Shown in pieces: positions 21,614 through 31,112 of a DNA stretch of 32,000 nucleotides. This DNA comes from Zygophlyctis sp. KS116 (Eukaryota; Fungi; Chytridiomycota). The stretch is taken from contig BAAFSQ010000087.1 in NCBI GenBank assembly GCA_054661495.1, forward strand, positions 4,483 through 36,482. The letters run 5' to 3'. Numbering within the stretch: position 1 is the first letter of the stretch; every line of letters begins with the position of its first letter. The notes below the pieces were generated by a model. The model worked only from the letters and a program-made list of their open reading frames with translations. It ran no database searches and was not told the DNA's origin. Made by a program: the position numbers and the translations under genes.

Positions 21614-24600
21614 CTATATTGAGGCTCTTCTACGTAAACTAAAACCAGAGACAGTTGGCGTCTCTTCTACTAAATTAAATAAAGATGTTAATGATCCATT
21701 ATCCCTCCAAGACTCTACTAGTGATTTTCCTGTTTCATAACCGGCCTGGAAAATATCACGGAACTTATCAAACTCCAAAGTTCCAAATTTCTGGACTTCA
21801 GGCTGAACGTAAAAACAACCATCAAGATTTTGAACGTCTTCAAGTTGCTTTACAGAAGATACATATGCTAATCTAGACTGAATTTCAGCAAGCTGAGGAA
21901 TATTCTTATAACCAAAAGGATTTAAAGAGTTGAAGAGAACCCACCATCCAGACAAAGAGTCACCATAAGAGACTGGTGAAGTGTCATCAACTAATATAAG
22001 GATATGAAAAATTACCAATTCCAACATCAACTGCTATAATAGTTGCTGCGCCGTGATTTCTCATTATATCCCCAGGTAGATTGTTCACATATCCTCCGTC
22101 TAAAAGCATGCTACCGTTATCACAGAGTGGCGGAAGATAGCCCGATAAAGACATTGATGCTCTAATGTATCTCCACATATATCCTGATGTATGGACTTCC
22201 ATTTTTGACCAGGTAATATTTGTTGTAACGGCAAAATAAGGAATCCAACAGTCTTCAATCAATGTGTCATGGAAACAAGTCCAAATCGCTCGATTAAATG
22301 CATGTCCTTTCAATTATTATATCTTAAAATACCAGTAAATAAAGATGTGACTGGATATGTAATATCAAACATCTGTCTCCATTTAGACGTCATCTTGGAG
22401 CTGAATAATTTAACTCTTCCCCAAACAGATACGTAATCATTTTCACAAGCATATAGACCAGAGACAAATGCACCCATGCTCGTTCCACCCACCATATCAA
22501 TCGGGATTCCAGACTCTTCCAAGGCCAAAATAACTCCAACGTGAGCTACTCCTCTAGCGCCACCGCCTCCCAAGACAAGGCCGACGGATTTGGATAATAA
22601 ACGTCGGGCAAGTCTCGCAAAATCAGATCGCACGCCAGTAAAAATATTTGGTGATGCGCTCTTATGATTTTCTGAAAACCTACTATAATAACGAGAAAAT
22701 TGGTCTTGTAGATTTGCAAATGTTGAAAACTTTTTATCATTTTCTGAATTGATTTTAACTGATGATCTAACAGGCATTTGAACATGATGATGGGCTAGCG
22801 GTTAATTTTGAAAACAAATACCATGAATCCAAAGACGATTTTTTCTCCATGCAGTAGTTGAACCGGGGATACACCGTCGTTCAGAATGCAATAAAACCAA
22901 TTCCTTCCTTGCAGTTGTTTTCATTCCAATTAATAGTCTTTCAAACTCTCCGATACCAGGATCCTCATCGCCTAGTCCGACTAAAAGAATGCAATCCGCC
23001 TGGCGTACGCAGCGCTGGGTCCATGGCGAATTCACACCTCCATCAGCAACATACATAACCAATCGATGAGTTTCCTCTTGCTCTGCAAGCCAAGATAGAA
23101 GTTTTAAACGTCCAATCCGAGTAAAGGCATGCTTACCAAGTTGAGTAGTGACATTTGCAGTATTCAGCAATGCAACAGTGGCGCCGATTAATTGAAGAGA
23201 GTCTTTCAATCTATTGGCAAATTCAAGGATGGGAATATCGTTAGTAACTGGCAAAATAGCCACGGTTTTGAGGTTAACGTTTTTAGCAGCAGAATCGATA
23301 ATTCCAGAAACGGTTCCATTCACAGAGTTCGAATCAGATTCTTTGTTGGAACGAGCAGCGATAATTCGCGCTATAGCTAGCGTAATTTCGGGATGCTCCA
23401 ACGAAAGTGCATTAAAGAGAGTAGTTGGCATTATAGCTATTTCACTGTCTCTAATTGCATGAATAGTTGAAGAGCGAGGACTATTCGTGAGCACTTCCAT
23501 TTCTCCTGCCGATTCACCCTGACCATATTCTCTAATCAGATCAATAGTAAGACGAACATACCCTAAAATTTCCAAGTTCATTTTCCCATCATTTTTCGTT
23601 CGCTCAGCGATGCTTCTAAGACGGCCAGTCAGAACAATGTAAATAGAATTTGAAATTTCACCCTGTCTGCATAGAACCTGGCCTGCATTGATTTGACCCC
23701 ATTCAAGAGCGACGTCAATATGCAATATTAAAGGGGGTAATTGCCTTACCAGCCTTTTCGCTAGAGATAGTAAAATAGAAGGATATTTTTCAACATGATG
23801 ATCTAGCACTTCCTTTGACATGAACCCAACACAACAGTCTGTCTTTGCCCGAATAGATACAAAAGATATGAAGCTTGTAACTGCAGCCAGATATCCAGCG
23901 ATTCCACCTGATGAGATGTAAAATAATGATTTCTTTCTTTTTTCTTTACTAGAAGATGTTTGGTTCAAAATATCTGCTGGCATTTTCATTCCAGCCTCAA
24001 GAACACCTTCAATTACAAAGAATAAACCAGGTGATCGTTCTCCTTCCGCAATTAATTGAGCTCCTGCCGGGAAGAACAATATTTCCACGCCATCAGCCAA
24101 ACTTGATGAACAGTCCGTCATGTTGGATCCGTATTCATTAGATGAAGCCCTAGAAAGCGTCTCTGTATTCGATTCGTCATCTGCAAAGTAGCCCATCCGT
24201 ATCTGAGGAAATGTTACACTTGAATTACGAGTCGAAGAGCTCCTCTTATTTATTTTTGGAAAATCTCGGGGAGTTCCAGGAGTTGAAGGTGGCTTTGATG
24301 ATGTCACATTAGACAAGGGAGACGAGTTATACCCATTAATTCCAACAATATTCAAGTCTTGGATAGTAAAAGCCCCTATCAGCTGAAGCATCCAATCATT
24401 TACAGATTCCTTTAAAACTTCAAGATCATTTGATATTTCCACCGAAGGCTGTTCCTTGAGCAATTCCATTTCAAAATTAACTTCTGTTGCATCCAGACAA
24501 TTCAAATTGTATCGTGTATATGATTCTTTTTGCTTTATACGTTCTGTAGCAGATTGCATATTTCTAAAAGTCACCATTAATTTTTCTAGATAATCCCTAT

Positions 24601-25697
24601 TAAATTCTCGAGGAGCGACAAATCTTGTTAAATCATGAATCATTTTTTCAATTTTCAAGAGCTCTTTTGAGAGCCCCAAATACTTGTATAAAGTCATAAA
24701 TGTAACTCTTTGAAACCTAGCTAATATAACTTGAACAATATGTGCTGAAGCTGATGGAAATTTAATTGTTAAGTTTTGAAATGCCTTTGCAGGTATAACA
24801 GCCAGCGTCGTGTCAACTGAAGCTCTTGCTATTACATCCCTATGTACTGAAGAAAGTACTTCATCTTCCATGAGCTGATTATTAGTATATCCATCCTTAA
24901 TAGGAGATTCTGATAAACCAGTTCCTAAAAACGTTGTACTCTTTGACAAGACGAGATCCTCTGTAAATAGTGTTAAAATAGCAAATAAACTTGACACAGT
25001 CCCACCTGATACAACTTCATTCAACAAATGATGACCATCCCATCCCAATTCCTGTTCCTTGAGATTATTAAAAGAATCAGAAAATTCTACATTAATCCCA
25101 TCTTCTTTTTCTGCCTTTCCTTTTTGGCCTTTAACAAATACAGACACTTTTCCATCAATAACAATATAAAAATCTTTATCATCTTGGCCCAAATCAAATA
25201 AAATTTCCCCAGCCTTTAGCTTTCTAGTATGCAAATGCCTATAAGATTAAAAATCCAAAGTACCTTGCTAATTCGTGGAAAACCTTTTTATCCATATAAC
25301 CAAATACCTTTATTGAAGATAAAAACACACCCATAAAATCATCTGGATAGCCATTCTGAGAAGATTTATCTTCTGTAGTGTCCGGATGCAAGTCAAACGG
25401 AGCAGCATTAGAGTCGGTTAGCTTTGGCAGCCGTGCGTACGGATTCAGTAACCGATATCTAAACAGAATGTATAAACCAATGATAATCACAAGAAATATT
25501 AATAATAATTGCCATGTATGAAATGTTAAAGTGAGCTGAAGAGTTGTATAACTGATTACTGTTAAAGGGACCTTGATGCCCAAGAATGATAAGTGGACAG
25601 TGTAGTAAACCAATTGCCTTATAAGCCAAATGCTCCAGCGAATGTAAAAAGTAGATTCCTCATCGGCAACAATGGCAGTACTTCCATCAACAATCAT
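21614..25697 (-). CDS. NTE1: Neuropathy target esterase / lysophospholipase NTE1 (cNMP-binding domains plus patatin domain)
   Basis: [22 protein letters not shown], cNMP-binding domains, [45 protein letters not shown]-terminal RRRASI. Introns 25239-25263, 23532-23561, 22795-22821, 22307-22332, 21991-22015. Confidence 0.93.
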
Positions 25698-25727
25698 ACA
25701 AATAAATTTATTCTTATTCGTAGGCGT

Positions 25728-26365
25728 TTAATCTCCCAATATCGGCGGTCTATTTCCTGAATTCCTTTGTAATCTAATAATTAACCAATCCAATGCCTCT
25801 TGAACTCCAGTACCTTCCAATGCAGATATAGGTAAAACCTTTGAATCCCTCGCCGATAATAATTCTGCAATCTTATTGAATATACTTTGAATATCAGGAA
25901 CCACAAGAGCACCAGGCATATCCTGTTTATTTGCCAGCATTAAAATAGGAAGTCCTTCTACTTTTTCATTAATTAAAACCGATTCAAGAGCCTCCTGTAC
26001 AGCTTGAATTCGATCACTATCGGTAGAATCTACGACAAATATAATAGCATGGGCTTAAATTAGCAAATTAAATTAGAACTACCTTGATCATAATATTTCT
26101 CCCAAAGAGATCTTAATTCGGTCTGTCCTCCTAAATCCCAAAATTTAAGTCTTGTTCTAGAGTCAATGGCTATTTGTCCGATATTAAGTCCGACCGTTGG
26201 AACGGTATTAAATCTTTTGTTAGAGTTTTGCGCTGCTTGAAGAAATGTCTTTAATTAGATATTATAAACTACAGTTTTGCCAGCATTGTCTAGTCCTAAA
26301 ATTGTAACATAATAGTCTTGTTTTGCGGTTAGCATTGTATATAGACCGCTTAATAATGTGTACAT
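25728..26365 (-). CDS. ARL3: ARF-related GTPase ARFRP1/Arl3
   Basis: MYTLLSGLY (ARFRP1-type N-terminus), [33 protein letters not shown]. Introns 26249-26272 and 26054-26082. Confidence 0.92.
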
Positions 26366-26370
26366 TTTGT

Positions 26371-27585
26371 ATGGCTGATAAAACCCTACGCTTTGAACCG
26401 GAAATGATCAAACGAGAGCCGCTCAAGAGATTCAGGAATTCTGGGATTCCAGAGTCGATAACTAGTAATGCAGCATTGAAAAAAGTTGTTCAGCAACTTC
26501 CTCAGCATTACAACTTTGAAATTTATAAATGCATTTGGCAGCTTGAATTAAAAAAAGCAAAGGTTGTGGCACTTCAGTTTCCGGAAGGACTATTAATGTT
26601 TTCGACAATGATTGCTGATATTCTTCAAGAGTTTGCAAAGGTTAAAGTTTTGATTATGGGGGATGTTACTTATGGGGCTTGTTGCATTGATGATTTTACT
26701 GCAAAAGCATTGGGAGCCGATTTTTTAATTCATTATGGACATTCTTGGTAATTTACTTTATTAATTTCAAGTTTAGTTCCAATTAATACTACAATGATAC
26801 AAACCATGTATGTTTTTGTGGATATTGGGATTGATATACAAAATGCATTGACAGCTATTTCTAGACACTTCCATAAGAATGAGAGGTTATCTCTAGTATC
26901 TACTATACAATTCTCAAAATCTTTACAAGTTTTGGCGATAGAATTAAAAGCCATGGGATTCGAAAATATAACTCTTCCGCAAGAAAGACCGTTATCTCCA
27001 GGTGAAATATTGGGATGTACATCTCCTCGTCTTTCAGGAGATACTGGAAAACTTTTGTATGTAGGGGATGGAAGATTTCATATAGAATCTATAATGATTT
27101 CTAATCCTACACTGGAAGCATACTGTTATGATCCGTATTCAAAGGTTTTATCAAGTCATGAATATGATCATGATCTAATGCAGTCTCAAAGGTCTGAAGC
27201 AATTTCTAAATCAATCTCTGGCAACAAATTTGGTCTAATTTTGGGTACATTGGGACGTCAGGGGAGTTTGACTATTTTTGAATTCTTACAATCTAGACTA
27301 AGAGAATTGGGTAAATCTGTAACTTTGGTCCTTTTGTCCGAAATATCACCATCTAAACTATCTAAATTCCAGGATATTGACGTATGGATACAAATTGCCT
27401 GTCCTCGATTATCTATAGATTGGGGATATAGTTTTCTTCAACCTCTACTCTCTCCATATGAAGCATGTGTAGTTTTAAAAAGTGCCCAAATGTGGGAAAA
27501 TGGAAATTATCCAATGGATTACTACTCAAAGAAATCAATTGTTCACAATATTGCAACTGATTATTTATCAAATACAAAGCAGTAA
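26371..27585 (+). CDS. DPH1: Diphthamide biosynthesis protein 1
   Basis: [42 protein letters not shown] (intron 26748-26771), [43 protein letters not shown]. Alternative start at ATG 26404. Confidence 0.93.
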
Positions 27586-27594
27586 CAATAGTGA

Positions 27595-28011
27595 TTATAA
27601 TTGTTGACTGCTAGAAATCAATTCAATTAATGATTTGGAAGCATCAATCATCTTTTTGATTTGATCATAGTCCTTGCATGATAGCATTTCTTGGCTTATA
27701 TCTAGAAGCTTTGTCTTGAAATTGGATTGAACCTCTGAGCCAGATTGAGAATCCTGAGATCCTTGTACAGCTCTGGGAGATTTTGGAACTATCGGTTCTT
27801 CCAACACTTGTGGAATTGCTTCAGGCTCTGCAACCAGCACTTTTCGGATCGGATTTTGGCTGCAAAATGTGCACACTTCTTCTCCTGATCTAGATCTCAT
27901 TATGGGAGTATTGCAATCACAACATCCAAAATCGGTTAGAGTCCAACCTTTGAGTAAATAGTCTCCAATCAATTTTATTGCATTTTCCTTTTGATCTGGT
28001 CCAGTCATCAT
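27595..28011 (-). CDS. ZNRD2: SSSCA1/ZNRD2-like (autoantigen p27) zinc-ribbon protein
   Basis: KLIGDYLLKGWTLTDFGCCDCNTPIMRSRSGEEVCTFC matches the Auto_anti-p27 zinc-ribbon pattern. Confidence 0.8.
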   Translation of the reverse strand: MMTGPDQKENAIKLIGDYLLKGWTLTDFGCCDCNTPIMRSRSGEEVCTFCSQNPIRKVLVAEPEAIPQVLEEPIVPKSPRAVQGSQDSQSGSEVQSNFKTKLLDISQEMLSCKDYDQIKKMIDASKSLIELISSSQQL

Positions 28012-28031
28012 CTTTTAAAAAAATCTAAAAA

Positions 28032-28703
28032 CTATTCCTTCACCAATGCCAAGGTGGTAAAATTCAATTCATTTGGATCTTGTGACATGATCTGCTTTAT
28101 ATTCATGCAAGCATCATGTAGTAGACTATTCTGAATTTGACATACTTCCTTTGGACCAGATCGTCGTCCATCCAACTCATAGAGTTTTCCATTCTTTTCA
28201 ATAAAACAAACAAAATGAAGATCAGATTCCAGTGCCTCTCCAGTAGTTTGACCTTGAGTAGCAAAAGATTTGTGAATTTCTTTAAGAGTTTTAGATTCCT
28301 CTAGAAATTGAGACCGATCAGACTCTTTCAACTTGATCAAGTCAAAAACCAAGTCTGAATTCTCTTGCACAATTTGAGAATTGTTTGCAAGAGCATGTAA
28401 TAAAGCAATTGTACCACATGCATTTGGAATAGTCTGTTTAATAAAAACAACATCGTTATCAGCCAACTTTGAACCATCAGTCTCCAATGTTGAATTCGGC
28501 TTTATCGGAAATAAGAAAACAACAGCCATCACAGGTTTTGGAATGAATTCCAAGTCTTCTGGCTCTAAAGACCAAATGTCAGTAAATGAGTATTCCTTGG
28601 AAAGGCCAAGACTATACGAAAACTATTGTTAGCGACTCTAATATACTTGATTTAAAACTTCTGGATTTGCTTCCAAAGGAATCCACACTTGATCATCACC
28701 CAT
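28032..28703 (-). other. YUH1: UCH-L3/Yuh1 (peptidase C12) moiety; retains its own ATG at 28703
   Basis: WIPLEANPEV, KQTIPNACGTIALLH (catalytic Cys), LHFVCF (His), LYELDGR (Asp). Intron 28623-28646. Confidence 0.9.
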
Positions 28704-29469
28704 GACTGTTTGAAATAAATTTGATAAGTCCTGTGCAGAGTCCCACGCAAAGGTTTTTGCCTCTAATTCACTACAAGCCTGAATCAGATCAAAGAGGGGC
28801 CTGTTTCGTCTTGGAAAAACATAATCATTCCTTGATAGCTTTAGACTGGGACAAAAATCATTTCTCCCATCGCCGATATAGTAGATTTTGTTGAATTCCT
28901 GTTTTAGATCATTGATAATTGCTCCCTAAGTGTTACGTATACTTATTACCTTGCATAAGTTTGGCGGACATTGATCACAGCCATGGCATGCATCAGCTGG
29001 TACATATCTTGATATAATTAATTTCCCATCTTTAATGATTCCCTTGTTTGAATAAATTCTGGTAAAATATTGTCTGATTTCGAAATTACATAGTATTTCA
29101 TCAATATAAAATGTGTTTGCATCACTTGCAATCATTAAAGTTACACCTTTAGATGAAAGATATTTAATTAATGTCGCAGTTTTTTGATTAAACGGAATAC
29201 TTGATAACGACTTTGATATTTGTTCAACGGTTATCCCATCCGCATGAAGTGTTTCTATTCCCGAAACAATTGCATCGGTCCAGACTGTAAATGTTTTCAA
29301 CTTAAGATTAATGCAACAATAAATTATATTTAGAATGTATTTTGCATTCATATAACAGTATGATAATATGTACCTTTTCTAAAAGTTTTGGATTTAGATT
29401 CTTAAATACCCAGATATCAGAGTCTTCATCTAAAAGCGTCCAATCAAAATCAAAGACTGCAACGCTCAT
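28032..29469 (-). CDS. Fusion of a PHOSPHO1/2-type HAD phosphatase and a ubiquitin C-terminal hydrolase (~438 aa)
   Basis: Exons 29469-29374, 29300-28950, 28925-28647 and 28622-28032 are all multiples of 3. Exon 3 reads ...IGDGRNDFCP...AWDSAQDLSNLFQTVMGDDQVWIPLEANPEVLNQ with no stop between the two domains. Confidence 0.75.
28704..29469 (-). other. PHOSPHO2: PHOSPHO2/pyridoxal-phosphate-phosphatase-like HAD moiety
   Basis: Motif I VFDFDWTLLDEDSD, motif II IASDANTFYI, CPPNLCKG (motif III Lys), motif IV YIGDGRNDFCP. Confidence 0.88.
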
Positions 29470-30344
29470 CTTGAACTTTGCTTAAATTGATAATCAAAAA
29501 TGGCTGAGAAGTGAATTTAGCAGACAAAAGTCTTTTCTGAGTAGAAATTCCTTCTGATTTGCATGTAATCCAATATAGAGCTAATCTTCCAATTTCTTGA
29601 ATTTCATGAAAGCTTGTTTCAAAGTAATATTCTTTTGAATCGTATTTCCAACCAAATTTAGATTCTGTATTTATCATTTGAGCTTCTCCTTGGAATATTG
29701 TTAAATCGTCCTTGATTAATTTTAAACTGATCCCTTCAGTACAATAGCAGTCCGGATGGCAACAGAATTGTGCGTCTCTTTGTGACGCTGGGGTGATCAC
29801 ATCCATCACTTGCCAAATGTTGCATAAAAGTACTATTGAGGATGAAGAAGGAATAGATGCAGAATCTAGATTATTTAGAGAATTCTGAATATGTCTGAAA
29901 TATTAAGTTTATAAAGTACCTGAAAATAGAGTTATAGGCAGACAATGTTCCTCTGGTTATAACTTTTTCAACTTGAGTGCAGGCATTTTTTAGAAAATAC
30001 AATACTTGATCTAATGATTTTGATGCATCCTGATTCTTTTCATGCAGGTTATGACAAGCATTTGCCATTTGGTTTGATAATCCCTTGGCTCCAAAATTTA
30101 TGCAGTCAATAGAATAAGCTGAAAGTGACTCTGGTCTGACTAGAAATGATTGGTTTTCAGATGTGTGGATATTTTCAATGATTGCTGTAAATTTTAGATT
30201 CTTGTCCGATTTCGCTCGCTTATTTAATACATAGAGTGCTGCCGGTCTCAGTTTATGAGATAAAGATCGATACTCCCAAAGAGTTGGAATAGATTCAACA
30301 AATTCAAAGATGCTAATCCATAGCTCTCTCGGTAGATCAATCAT
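29450..30344 (-). CDS. F-box-like protein
   Basis: MIDLPRELWISIFEFV...RSLSHKL F-box pattern. Intron 29895-29919 joins ORF 30344 in frame to ORF 29809. The stop at 29450-29452 lies inside the phosphatase CDS. Confidence 0.65.
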
Positions 30345-30389
30345 TTTATAGAATCATGGATGACGTCAATCAAATACTTTATTTGTCGT

Positions 30390-31065
30390 TTAAACCACAA
30401 AAATGTATGCAAACAACAGTGCAATCATTATCCATGGCCCTGATTTGGATCGACCAGTACTTGATCCAATAGGTTTTTGACTAGCAACAGCTGTTTTAGG
30501 TGGGTTGGTTTGATCAGTTGTGCGTGTTGGATTGTTTCCGACAGTAGTGGTAGGAGCCTTTATGGGGCTATTAGGAATGCTAGCTTTAGCGAGTAGCATC
30601 TTGTTTGTAGCAGTGAATAAGCGAAATTCATTAAAATCGTTATAGCTCACTGCTCGTCCAGCTTCAGTTACAAATGTGTAGCTCAAGTTTGTTCGATTTG
30701 GTGATATAGGAACAGCAACATTTTCAGTCAAGGAAACAGAAGATGATCCGAGTTGATCATCAGAAAAGGCCCCATACCAGACTGCAGCATCGTTCATTCC
30801 AACTCCGGAATAAGTCAAATTGATGACAGAAAACTGATTTTTAATTTAAATATCTTACTGTGCAAGGTCCAGTTATCTGAATGAATCCAGAAACTTGAAC
30901 TTGAAAGCTTGCATTAGCTCCAGGACCTGACGGACGGGCCTGGGTTTGTACCAGTGGGATTGGGGAATTTACTGAACTAGCATATGGATATGGCGAAGAG
31001 TTGCAGTTTGAGTAGCCATAGACTACAGAGAGAAAGGCTGCATGTGCGATGAATAAAATCTTCAT
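30390..31065 (-). CDS. Secreted DM13-like domain protein with Thr-rich stalk and predicted GPI signal (paralog 2)
   Basis: Signal peptide; VSGFIQITGPCT|FSVINL (intron 30834-30858); AGRAVSYNDFNEFRLF; T-rich stalk; hydrophobic tail WIMIALLFAYIFVV. Confidence 0.72.
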
Positions 31066-31112
31066 TGTTTAATCGAACAATCGTGGAAATTGGCGCCACA
31101 TTATGACGATAT

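Noticed and set aside
21583-21616. Possible NTE1-SQase fusion via the intron-like GTTAGG...TTCTAG (21583-21613)
   Set aside because: The donor lies after the NTE1 TAG and NTE1 ends in the conserved RRxSI, so splicing would not fuse the proteins.
29301-29373. Intronic C/D-box snoRNA in the long intron
   Set aside because: No RUGAUGA C box or CUGA D box is present on the sense strand.
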